DNA from: Gemmatimonadota bacterium | GTDB lineage: Bacteria > Gemmatimonadota > Gemmatimonadetes > Longimicrobiales > Gaopeijiaceae | Length of the DNA stretch: 64,000 nt | Assembly: GCA_034521595.1 (NCBI GenBank) | Contig: JAXHMG010000003.1 | Span: 2,720,001-2,784,000, forward strand | Direction of reading: 5' to 3' | Part shown: piece after piece, positions 48,408 through 57,239 of the stretch | Layout of the letters: every line of letters starts with the position of its first letter | Position numbering within the stretch: position 1 is the stretch's first letter | Position numbers and translations under genes: made by a program | Notes under the pieces: model-generated | The model's input: the letters and a program-made list of their open reading frames with translations, nothing else | The model's database searches: none | Told to the model about the DNA's origin: nothing

Positions 48408-49515
48408 CGGATCCCTCCCCGCCCGTTCGGCCCGGCGCGACCGCGGCGACATCCGCCCCGCTCTCGGGAACGAGCGTGTCCAGACCTCTCCTGCGAAGGC
48501 GGTCGAGCGCGATGACCGACAGGATCACGAGCGCCTGCACCACCCCCACCCAAGCCGACGGCACCCCGGCCTCGCGTTGCATGGCGCTGGCGCCCCCTTC
48601 GAGCGCGCCGAACAAGGCCCCGGTCACGAGCACGCCGATCGGGTGAAGGCCGGCGAGGAGCGCCACCGCGATGGCGGTATACCCCCACCCGGGAGAAAGC
48701 CCTTCGTACAGCGCGAAGGTGACACCCGCCACCTGCACCCCTCCGGCGATCCCGGCGATGGCTCCCGAGACGAGAAACGTCCTCATCCAGACCCTGTCGG
48801 TGTCGATCCGACCGGCCACCCGGGCCGCTCCGGCCGACGCCCCCACGGCGCGCACACGGAAGCCTGCCCGCGTTTTCCACAGGAATGCCGCGACGCCCAC
48901 GGCCAGAAGGACGGCCAGGCCGAACCCGGCATGAAGCCGTGTGCCGGGAAGGAGCACCCCCAGGCGAGCGCTCGCGGCGATGGCGTCGGTCTGGGGGAAG
49001 ACGCCTCGCGCCTCCTGGAGCGGACCCCGCACCACGTAAGCCGCCAGATGAATCCCGACGAAGTTCATGAGGATGGTCGTGATCACCTCGCCCACCCCCA
49101 ACCGCACGCGCATCAGGGCGGGCACCGCGGCCCACGACGCGCCTCCCAGAACGGCCGCGGCCAGGACGGCGACGACACCGAGCGGAGCGGGCCAACCCCC
49201 CGTGTGCAATCCGACCCACACGGCACCGATCGCGCCTGCGTAGAGCTGACCTTCCGCTCCGATATTCCAAACCCCCGCCCGAAAAGCCAGAGCGACCGCC
49301 AGGCCGGTGAGGATGAGGGGAACCGCCCGAACGAGCGTCACCGAGAAGAGCGCCGACGGCGTTCCGGCCGCGCCTCGGAGCATCGCGCCCGCGGCACGGA
49401 TGGGATCGTAACCACCCAACATCAACACCACCCCGGCCAGCGCCACCGTAACGAGCACGGCCAGAGCGGCGACGGCCACCGGGCCCCGGAGCCGTCGGGG
49501 CAACCGCACCTTCAT
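48400..49515 (-). CDS. Nucleoside/sugar ABC permease
   Basis: WNIGAEGQ, EVITTILMN, GYTAIAVALLA. Confidence 0.9.
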   Translation of the reverse strand: MKVRLPRRLRGPVAVAALAVLVTVALAGVVLMLGGYDPIRAAGAMLRGAAGTPSALFSVTLVRAVPLILTGLAVALAFRAGVWNIGAEGQLYAGAIGAVWVGLHTGGWPAPLGVVAVLAAAVLGGASWAAVPALMRVRLGVGEVITTILMNFVGIHLAAYVVRGPLQEARGVFPQTDAIAASARLGVLLPGTRLHAGFGLAVLLAVGVAAFLWKTRAGFRVRAVGASAGAARVAGRIDTDRVWMRTFLVSGAIAGIAGGVQVAGVTFALYEGLSPGWGYTAIAVALLAGLHPIGVLVTGALFGALEGGASAMQREAGVPSAWVGVVQALVILSVIALDRLRRRGLDTLVPESGADVAAVAPGRTGGEGSGG

Positions 49516-49525
49516 GGCACGAAGC

Positions 49526-51013
49526 TCACGGGCCCGCGCTCAGCATGAGCGCACCGACACCGCTCCGGCTTCGCTGTCCCTCCGGCACCGGACGAAGCGC
49601 GCCCCGCACCATGACCAGCACGCGGTCGGACAGCTCGAGGACCTCGTCGAGATCGCTCGAGATGAGCACGATGCCCGGAGCGCGCGCACCCAGGCGAGCA
49701 TGGCGCACCAGCTCCCGGCGCACGAACACGGTCGCCGCCACATCGAGTCCCCGCGTAGGGTTCTCGGCCACCAGGAGGTCCGCCGCCACGCCGAGCTCGC
49801 GACCGACGAGAAGGCGCTGTTGATTCCCGCCCGAGAGCGCGGCCACCGTGGTTTCGGTCGCCGGGGCGTGAACGCGGTACCGGGTCCGCACGTCCTCGGC
49901 CCGCTTCCGCGCCTCCGCCCAGGGCATGAGCCACCTCGGACCGATATCCCGATCGTGGAGCGACAGCGCCACGTTCTCGGTCAGGTCGAAGGACCCGACC
50001 AGCCCTTCCGTCGTCCTGTCCTCAGGGATGAACCCGGTGCCGCGGGGGATGCGCGCCACGCCCGCGTCGGGACGCATCCTGCCGGCGAGCAGCCGCGCCA
50101 GCTCGCGCTGCCCGTTCCCCTCCACCCCGGCGACTCCCACGATCTCACCCCGACGGACGTCGAGCGACATCGGCCCCACGGCCACGGCTCCGGACGCGTC
50201 CCGAACCGTCGCCCCCGCGAGCTCGGCCACCACTTCGCCCGCGGCCCCCTCGGATGCGTCCTCCCGCATCCCCACGGGGGCCGCGGGGTGCTCACCCACC
50301 ATCGCGCGCACCAGCGCGTCGGGGTTCGCCTCGGAGACGCCGCCGGTGTAGACCGTGCGGCCGTGCCGCAGGACGGTCAGCCGATTCGACGCCGCCAACA
50401 CCTCGTCGAGCTTGTGCGCCACCAGGACCACTGCGCGACCCTCCGAAGCCAGACCGCGCAGCAGCTCGAAGAGCGCCTCCGTCTCCTCCGGTGCCAACAC
50501 GGCGGTCGGCTCGTCCAGCACCAGAATCCCCGGATCCCGCAGAAGCGCCTTCAGGATCTCCACACGTTGACGCTGGCCCACGCTCAGCTCCCGCACCCCG
50601 CGCTCGACGTCGACCCGCAGCCCCGTCCGCTCTCCGAGCTGCCGGACACGCTCCCGAACCTCCGCGTAGGGGAGCGCGAATCCGCCGGCCACACCGCGAA
50701 AGCCGAGCGAGAGATTTTCGAGCACGGTGAGCCCCGGCACGAGCTTGAAGTGCTGATGCACCATCCCGATTCCGTGCCGCCACGCGTCTCGCGGGGTGCG
50801 CAGCTCCACCCGCCTTCCGTCGACTTCGACGGTTCCCTCGTCGGGTGTGAGCAACCCGGAGAGGATGTTCAGGAGAGTCGTCTTGCCCGCACCGTTCTCC
50901 CCCAGGACGCCGTGCACTTCCCCGGGCAGGAGCTCGAGGTCGGCGCCGTCCAGCGCGACCACGGCCCCGAAGCGTCGGACGACGCCGGACATGCGGACCC
51001 GAGGATCGGTCAC
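49526..51013 (-). CDS. CUT2-type ABC ATP-binding protein (two NBDs)
   Basis: GENGAGKTT, LSVGQRQRVEI, DEPTAVL, LSGGNQQ. Confidence 0.93.
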   Translation of the reverse strand: MTDPRVRMSGVVRRFGAVVALDGADLELLPGEVHGVLGENGAGKTTLLNILSGLLTPDEGTVEVDGRRVELRTPRDAWRHGIGMVHQHFKLVPGLTVLENLSLGFRGVAGGFALPYAEVRERVRQLGERTGLRVDVERGVRELSVGQRQRVEILKALLRDPGILVLDEPTAVLAPEETEALFELLRGLASEGRAVVLVAHKLDEVLAASNRLTVLRHGRTVYTGGVSEANPDALVRAMVGEHPAAPVGMREDASEGAAGEVVAELAGATVRDASGAVAVGPMSLDVRRGEIVGVAGVEGNGQRELARLLAGRMRPDAGVARIPRGTGFIPEDRTTEGLVGSFDLTENVALSLHDRDIGPRWLMPWAEARKRAEDVRTRYRVHAPATETTVAALSGGNQQRLLVGRELGVAADLLVAENPTRGLDVAATVFVRRELVRHARLGARAPGIVLISSDLDEVLELSDRVLVMVRGALRPVPEGQRSRSGVGALMLSAGP

Positions 51014-52032
51014 CGCACCTCCGGCTCTCCGTCCACGAAGGGCACCCGCGGCACGTCGAGCTCACCGGCTCGGATGCGCCGGCGCGCTTCGTCGATCTCC
51101 CGCAGAAGGGCATCGGGAATCCGGCCCTCGACCGCCGGATTGGGCACGAAGTCCACGACTTCCTGCGTGGAGCCGGTGTAGATCGGCTCGTCCCCGATAC
51201 GGCCGGACCGCCACCGGCGCGCGGTCTCGAGGAACGCCTGGGGGATCCGGATCACCGCGCTGCCCAGGGTTACCTCCGGAGCGATATCGTTCTGGTTGCG
51301 ATTCATCCCGATGGCCCAGACCGTGTCGCCCTGTTCCACCGCCTCCCTGACCGCCTGGAAGACGCCGAACGAGGCGGCGTCGACGTTGTGGACGAGCACG
51401 TCGGCCCCCCGGCCCAACTGTGCGACGGCGGCTTCCTTGGCCGCCGCCACGTCGTCCCAGTTGCCGACGAACGACTCCAGCACGCGCACCTCCGGATCGA
51501 CCGCTCTCGCCCCCGCCTCGAATGCCCGGAACGTGCCCTGAACCGGCGGGATCTCGACCCCGCCGACCATGCCCAAGACACCCGTCCGGCTCATGCCGGC
51601 GGCCATCATCCCGGCCAGGTAGCTGCCTTCCTCCAGCCTGAAGATCAACGGGACGACGTTGTCCGAGACCCGTCCCCCACCGGACACCACGATCGTCGTC
51701 TCGGGGAACTGCGCCCCCGCCCGCATCGCCGCGTCCTGGTACTCGAAGCCGTGCGCGAAGATGAGATCGTAGCCGGCCGAGGCGTAGGCCAGGAACGCTT
51801 CGTCGAACTCCGTCGGCGTGCGCGTCTGCTGATGGCTCACCGAAGCACCCAGAGAGTCGCGCAGGGCCATGAGCCCTTCGTAGCCACCCGCGTACCAACC
51901 GGCATCGCTCACCGGCCCCGACGTGAGCAGCGCGGCCCGGAACGAGCCCTCGGCCGCGTCACCCTCCCGATCCCCGCCTCCACAGGCGGAAGCCGCGAAG
52001 AGCACGAGCGAAAGGACGAGGATTCTGCGCAT
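51010..52032 (-). CDS. BMP/PnrA family substrate-binding lipoprotein
   Basis: Lipobox ASAC; GPVSDAGW, GYDLIFAHGFEY, EGSYLAG. Confidence 0.9.
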   Translation of the reverse strand: MRRILVLSLVLFAASACGGGDREGDAAEGSFRAALLTSGPVSDAGWYAGGYEGLMALRDSLGASVSHQQTRTPTEFDEAFLAYASAGYDLIFAHGFEYQDAAMRAGAQFPETTIVVSGGGRVSDNVVPLIFRLEEGSYLAGMMAAGMSRTGVLGMVGGVEIPPVQGTFRAFEAGARAVDPEVRVLESFVGNWDDVAAAKEAAVAQLGRGADVLVHNVDAASFGVFQAVREAVEQGDTVWAIGMNRNQNDIAPEVTLGSAVIRIPQAFLETARRWRSGRIGDEPIYTGSTQEVVDFVPNPAVEGRIPDALLREIDEARRRIRAGELDVPRVPFVDGEPEVR

Positions 52033-52167
52033 ACGGAGGACCCCATGGGAGCCGGACGGAAATCGGGCGGAAGAGTGCATAGCATAAACCGCTCACTGTT
52101 GGGAGTCCAAAGGGAGCCCTATGTTGTCGCGCCGAAAACTCGGAACCGATCCGGAGCGACGGAATCA

Positions 52168-53556
52168 ATGGAAGATCAGCGCGGTCACTGGAGCTCGAGT
52201 CTCGGATTCGTCCTGGCGGCGACGGGTAGCGCCATCGGCCTGGGCAACCTGTGGAAGTTTCCCTTCATCACCTGGGAGAACGACGGGGGCGCGTTCGTTC
52301 TCGTCTATCTGGTGTGTATCGCGGCCGTCGGCCTGCCGATCATGATGGCCGAGCTCCTCATCGGGAGGAGCACGCAGACAAGTCCCGTCGGGGCCCTCAA
52401 GGCAGCGGTCGGGCCCCTGTGGGGCATCGTTGGAGCGTGGGGCGTGCTGTGCGGCTTCATCCTGCTCAGCTACTACTCCGTCATCGCGGGCTGGTCCCTC
52501 TACTACTTCACCCAGTCGGTCGGCTGGACCATCGGTGGTTTTCCCACGCAGCTCGGCATGGGCGAGATGTTCGACAGCCAGGTGTCGAACGGGACGCTCC
52601 AGCTCACCCTGTCCGCCCTCTTCATGATCGCCACGGTCTCGGTCGTCTACTTCGGAGTGCAGCGCGGCATCGAGCGGATCGCGAAGACGTTCCTGCCGAT
52701 TCTGTTCGGAATCCTGTTGCTGCTACTCGCCAGCGCCCTCGGCATGGAAGGGTCCGGCGAGGCGCTCACCTTCATCTTCCGGCCCGATTTCGGTGGGCTC
52801 GACGCCGCCGGCGTGCTCGAAGCGGTGGGACACTCGTTCTTCACCCTGTCGCTCGGCATGGGCGCCATGATCACCTACGGCTCGTATCTGGAGCGGAATC
52901 AGTCGGTGGTGAAGGCATCGGCGATGATCGTCGCGCTGGACACCGTCATCGCGCTCGTCGCGACGGTCATCATGTTCTCCGTGATCTTCAGCGTGGCCGG
53001 CATGACCGACGAGGTCAGCGGCTCGACCGTGGGCATGCTCTTCATCTCGCTGCCTCAGCTCTTCTACACGGAGGTGCCGTTCGGCACGCTGCTGGGGCCG
53101 CTGTTCTACGTGCTCGTCGCGCTCGCCGCCCTGACGTCCACGATTTCCCTGCTGGAAGTCGTCGCCAGCTACGTCATCGACGAGCACGGAGTCGACCGGC
53201 ACAAGGCGACCCTCGGCTGCGGCGCGGTCGTGTTCGTGTTCACCATCATGTCGGCGCTCTCGTTCGGGGCGGTCTCCGGATTGTCCACCTTCGAGATCTT
53301 CGCGGACAAGCCCGGTTGGTTCTCCACGGCCGACCATTTCGTCTCGAACTGGATGCTCCCGACGGGCGGCTTCGCCATCGCGATCGCGGCCGGTTGGTTC
53401 ATGACCCGAGAAGTGACGAAGGGCGAGCTGGAGGACGGCACGCAGCCGGGTTGGTTCAAGTACGACCTCTGGCACTTCTTCATCCGCTTCGTGGCGCCCC
53501 TGGCCGTCGCGGCCATCATCGTGGCGGTCGCGTTCTTCTCGGTCGACTTCAGCTGA
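52168..53556 (+). CDS. NSS/SNF family sodium-dependent transporter
   Basis: GSAIGLGNLWKFP, GGAF, FFTLSLGMGAMITYGSY. Confidence 0.93.
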   Translation: MEDQRGHWSSSLGFVLAATGSAIGLGNLWKFPFITWENDGGAFVLVYLVCIAAVGLPIMMAELLIGRSTQTSPVGALKAAVGPLWGIVGAWGVLCGFILLSYYSVIAGWSLYYFTQSVGWTIGGFPTQLGMGEMFDSQVSNGTLQLTLSALFMIATVSVVYFGVQRGIERIAKTFLPILFGILLLLLASALGMEGSGEALTFIFRPDFGGLDAAGVLEAVGHSFFTLSLGMGAMITYGSYLERNQSVVKASAMIVALDTVIALVATVIMFSVIFSVAGMTDEVSGSTVGMLFISLPQLFYTEVPFGTLLGPLFYVLVALAALTSTISLLEVVASYVIDEHGVDRHKATLGCGAVVFVFTIMSALSFGAVSGLSTFEIFADKPGWFSTADHFVSNWMLPTGGFAIAIAAGWFMTREVTKGELEDGTQPGWFKYDLWHFFIRFVAPLAVAAIIVAVAFFSVDFS

Positions 53557-53664
53557 AGCGAGCCCCGCGAGCCCGGAGGCGATGTCGGGCACAGCGCACG
53601 CGACGAAACGGCGGATGCGGTGTAGATTATGGGTTCCAGGGAACCTAGCATCCGGCGAGACGAC

Positions 53665-55758
53665 ATGATCAAGGATCTCCTCGAAAGACCGATCGAGAAG
53701 CGCCCCACCACGCTTCGATTCGACGGGCGCACGCTCTACCTCCTCGACGACTCGGAGCTCGTGAGGGCACAGCTCTACGAGGGGCAGGATCTCGAGCTCA
53801 CCGACGAGCTCAGAGAGCGCCTTCGCGATCAGATCTCCACCGACGAGATCACCCCCGCTTACGTCTGTTTCTTCTACGACGAGACGCTGGGCGAATTCCC
53901 GTACCTGGGCCTGCGCACGACCAACCGGACGACGGGCGAGACCGAATACCCGGTCCAGCGCAACGCCGTCAAGGACGGAGGCTTCGTTTGCTCGGTCGCC
54001 GGTAAGCGCCGGGGGAAGGGAAGCAGCCGTGAGGCGAGCCCCTACGCGGAGATGCACGCGGGGATCGAGGTGGTGGTCGCCGAGAGCATCGAGCGCATCT
54101 ACAACGAGAACTGCCAGAACCTGGGTGTGCTGACGACGACCGACTTCTCCCTCATCGAGCGCATCGAGGCGGGCGAGGAGATCGAGCTCGAGGAGTTCAC
54201 CCGGGGCAAGGACGACATCACACGCCAGATCATCGAGTACGGCGGGCTGTTCGAGTTCAACGTGGCCCGCCTGCAGGGCAAGGTTTCGATCCCGGTGACG
54301 TCCGCGCTCGAGCCCAACGCTCCGAAGCACCGCCCGATGACCGTGGCCGAGAAGGTTTTCGCGCGGCACCTGGTCATCGACGCGTCCAAGGGTGAGGCGG
54401 GCGCGCCGTGGGTGCGGCCCGGTGACGCGGGATTCTTCCGCACCGACATCCGGTTCAGCCACGAATACGTGACCCCGATGGCGTCGATCTTCTTCGAGGA
54501 GAAGGTCGGGAAGGATGCGAAGGTCGTCGACAAGGACTCGATCCTCTTCTTCCGAGACCACCTGACCTTCCTCTCGAAGGTGATGAGCCAGGAGCGCATC
54601 GAGGAAGGGCTGCTCGACGTGGCCAACGAGCTGGAGGTCAAGCAGCGCGAGTTCGCGGACAAGCAGGGCGTGAAGCTCTACGGTGAGCAGATGGGCCACC
54701 AGCTCGGCTCACAGGCGATCTGCCATTCCAAGATCCTGGAGGAGTACGCCGAGCCCGGCATGCTGGTGATCGGCACCGACTCCCACACACCGCACGCCGG
54801 AGCGATCGGCTCGGTGGCCTTCGGCGTGGGCACGACGGCGATCTTCAACTCCTGGATCACGAAGGACGTGCGCGCCAGCGTCCCTCAGTCCTTCAAGGTC
54901 GTGGTCACCGGTGAGCCCCCCGAGAACGTGACGGCCAAGGACTACATGCTGGAAATTCTCCGTCACCCCTACATCCGGGACGGAAACGCCATCGGCCAGA
55001 TCATCGAGTACGCCGGCCCCGCGGTCGAGGCGCTGAGCGTGGACGAGCGCGCGACGATGACCAACATGGCGGCGGAGGTCGGCGCGTTCACCGGCATCAT
55101 CGGGGCGGACGAGAAGTGCGTCGAGTTCATGGTGAACGAGCGCGGCATGGACCGCGCACGGGCCGAAGAGCTCATCGAAGGGATGCAGAGCGACCCCGAC
55201 GCGGAGTACGTGAAGGTCATCGAGATCGACGCGGCGACCATTCGGCCGATGGCCGCTCTCCCCAACGACCCCGGCAACGGCATCCTCATCGACGAGCTCG
55301 AGGCCGAGCAGATTCGCATCGATATCGCGTACGCGGGCTCGTGCACGGCGGGGAAGAAGGATGACATGGACATGTACGCCCGAGTGCTGGCCGAAGCCGA
55401 CGCCGAAGGGCTCAGGGTGCACCCCGACGTGAAGCTCTTCATCCAGTGCGGCTCGACCGAAGTCCGCGACTACTGCCGCGAGCAGGGTTACATGGACCTC
55501 TTCGAGCGTATGGGGGCGGAGTTCATCGAGCCGGGCTGCGGGGCGTGCATCGCCGCGGGCCCGGGTGTGACCAGCTCGGAAGAAGACGTTTCGATCTCCT
55601 CCCAGAACCGGAACTTCCCGGGCCGCTCCGGCCCCGGGCAGCTCTACCTCGGGTCACCGTATTCGGTCGCGGCGAGCGCGATCGCGGGCTACGTCACCAG
55701 CTGGACGCCGGGACAGAAGGTCCAACCGGCGGAGCCACGGAAGCTCGCCACGGTCTGA
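53665..55758 (+). CDS. Aconitase-family hydro-lyase: N-terminal LeuD-like swivel fused to LeuC-like large domain
   Basis: ISTDEITP, GSSRE; HEYVTP, RDH, GTDSHT, GSCT, PGCGAC, NRNFPGR. Confidence 0.88.
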   Translation: MIKDLLERPIEKRPTTLRFDGRTLYLLDDSELVRAQLYEGQDLELTDELRERLRDQISTDEITPAYVCFFYDETLGEFPYLGLRTTNRTTGETEYPVQRNAVKDGGFVCSVAGKRRGKGSSREASPYAEMHAGIEVVVAESIERIYNENCQNLGVLTTTDFSLIERIEAGEEIELEEFTRGKDDITRQIIEYGGLFEFNVARLQGKVSIPVTSALEPNAPKHRPMTVAEKVFARHLVIDASKGEAGAPWVRPGDAGFFRTDIRFSHEYVTPMASIFFEEKVGKDAKVVDKDSILFFRDHLTFLSKVMSQERIEEGLLDVANELEVKQREFADKQGVKLYGEQMGHQLGSQAICHSKILEEYAEPGMLVIGTDSHTPHAGAIGSVAFGVGTTAIFNSWITKDVRASVPQSFKVVVTGEPPENVTAKDYMLEILRHPYIRDGNAIGQIIEYAGPAVEALSVDERATMTNMAAEVGAFTGIIGADEKCVEFMVNERGMDRARAEELIEGMQSDPDAEYVKVIEIDAATIRPMAALPNDPGNGILIDELEAEQIRIDIAYAGSCTAGKKDDMDMYARVLAEADAEGLRVHPDVKLFIQCGSTEVRDYCREQGYMDLFERMGAEFIEPGCGACIAAGPGVTSSEEDVSISSQNRNFPGRSGPGQLYLGSPYSVAASAIAGYVTSWTPGQKVQPAEPRKLATV

Positions 55759-55832
55759 CCACACATGGCGGAAGCCCGGTGGCCTGCCGGGGTTGCGGAG
55801 AACGCGGCGGGCTGACGAGACTCTTGATTCAC

Positions 55833-55848
55833 TGGCATTGATCATGCA
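55833..55848 (+). promoter_or_regulatory. Candidate sigma54 -24/-12 promoter
   Basis: TGGCATTGATCATGCA, GG-N10-GC spacing, upstream of the OmpA gene. Confidence 0.45.
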
Positions 55849-55928
55849 TCTATGCAGTCGACAGGAGTCGGGACGCCAGAAACCCGGCCGCCCAGCACCC
55901 TGTTACATCCTCAAGAAGGAAGGAAGGC

Positions 55929-56618
55929 ATGAGTACCATTCGTTGGACCTCTCCGAGGCTCGCCATGATGGCCGGTCTCGGCATGGTCGGATTGACGAGC
56001 GCTTGCTCCACCGTCAGCCCGGATGAGCTGGACTCCGACCTCTCCGCACTGCGTGCCGAGATGATGGAGGAGATGGAGGCGGGTGACGAGCAGGTCACGC
56101 AGGAGATGGACGGCCGGCTGAGCTCCATCGAGCAGCGGCTCTCCCAGCTCGAATCCGACCTCAGCCAGATGGAGCGCGACTTCGAGGTCACCGTCCAGAG
56201 GCTCGAAGAGCAGCTCCGCTTCGACGTGCCGGTGTACTTCGGCTTCGACGACGCCACGCTGACGGCCGACGCCCGGCCGATCCTCGACCGCTTCGCGGCA
56301 GTCGCCGAGGAATACTACCCGGAGGCGTTGATCACCGTGGAAGGGTTCACGGATCCGTCGGGCCCGGCCGAGTACAATCAGCAGCTGGGACAGCGCCGAG
56401 CCGACACCGTCCGCGACTACCTCGTCCAGGGCGCTTCGGTCGGTGACGAGCGCGTGCGCGCCGTCAGCTATGGCGAGAATTCAAATCGGTTGGTCCAGCC
56501 CGACGAAACGGGCCCCGGCCAGACCGGCTGGCAGAATCGCCGTGTCGTGTTGGTGATCGACCACCAGGGCGAGCCGCCGACAGTCTCGACCGAAGAGCAG
56601 CAGGGTAGCACCGAGTAG
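55929..56618 (+). CDS. OmpA/Pal-family lipoprotein with coiled-coil linker
   Basis: Lipobox TSAC; VYFGFD, VEGFTD..G...YN..LG.RRA, NRRV. Confidence 0.9.
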   Translation: MSTIRWTSPRLAMMAGLGMVGLTSACSTVSPDELDSDLSALRAEMMEEMEAGDEQVTQEMDGRLSSIEQRLSQLESDLSQMERDFEVTVQRLEEQLRFDVPVYFGFDDATLTADARPILDRFAAVAEEYYPEALITVEGFTDPSGPAEYNQQLGQRRADTVRDYLVQGASVGDERVRAVSYGENSNRLVQPDETGPGQTGWQNRRVVLVIDHQGEPPTVSTEEQQGSTE

Positions 56619-56645
56619 CGTCTACCCGGTTCGCGCGAAGAGCTT

Positions 56646-56686
56646 GGCGGGGCCCGGCCGGATCGGCCGGGCCCCGCCTTTCGTCT
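56646..56686 (+). terminator. Intrinsic terminator
   Basis: Perfect 15-bp stem GGCGGGGCCCGGCCG-gat-CGGCCGGGCCCCGCC followed by TTTCGTCTT. Confidence 0.8.
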
Positions 56687-56759
56687 TCCGCGAAGGAAGG
56701 CCCGGACCCGGCTCCCTTGCGGGCAACACCCGCGGAGTGTGAGCTTCGGGCGACAAGAT

Positions 56760-56810
56760 GGCGATGGAGTTCGCCAGGACCGCGGCTACCCGCCGCTGAT
56801 GACTCCTCCC
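56760..56810 (+). ncRNA. Fluoride riboswitch (crcB motif)
   Basis: GGCGATGGAGTTCGCC...GCTGATGACTCCT directly upstream of crcB. Confidence 0.9.
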
Positions 56811-56845
56811 ACCGGCGCATCGCCGGGCGGGGAGTCTTTTTTGTT
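56801..56845 (+). terminator. Riboswitch expression-platform terminator
   Basis: GACTCC...CCGGCG-cat-CGCCGG...GGAGTC-TTTTTTGTT overlapping the aptamer 3' end. Confidence 0.8.
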
Positions 56846-56858
56846 GGCGGGAGCTCGA

Positions 56859-57239
56859 ATGACGCTTCTCTACATCGCGCTCGGTGGAGCGGCCGGCGCC
56901 CTGGCCCGCTACGGCCTGGGAGGGTGGGTGCAGAACAGGATCGCGGTGGCGTTCCCCTGGGGAACGCTCACCGTGAACGTGATAGGATGCCTCCTCATCG
57001 GGCTGAGCATTCCCTATCTGGAAGCGCTGCGCGTGAAGCCGGACGTGCGGATGCTGGTGGCCGTGGGCGTGCTGGGCGCCTTCACGACGTTCAGCGCGTT
57101 CGGATACGAGACAGTAGCCCTCCTCCGTGAGGGCGCTTGGCCCCGCGCCGTAGGCTATGTCGGAGCCAGCGTCATTCTCGGGATCGGCATGGTATGGGTG
57201 GGGATCCGCCTCTCCACGATCCTCCCCGGCGGCTCCTGA
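56859..57239 (+). CDS. crcB: Fluoride channel CrcB/Fluc
   Basis: GGAAGALARY, FPWGTLTVNVIG, GVLGAFTTFSAF. Confidence 0.93.
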   Translation: MTLLYIALGGAAGALARYGLGGWVQNRIAVAFPWGTLTVNVIGCLLIGLSIPYLEALRVKPDVRMLVAVGVLGAFTTFSAFGYETVALLREGAWPRAVGYVGASVILGIGMVWVGIRLSTILPGGS

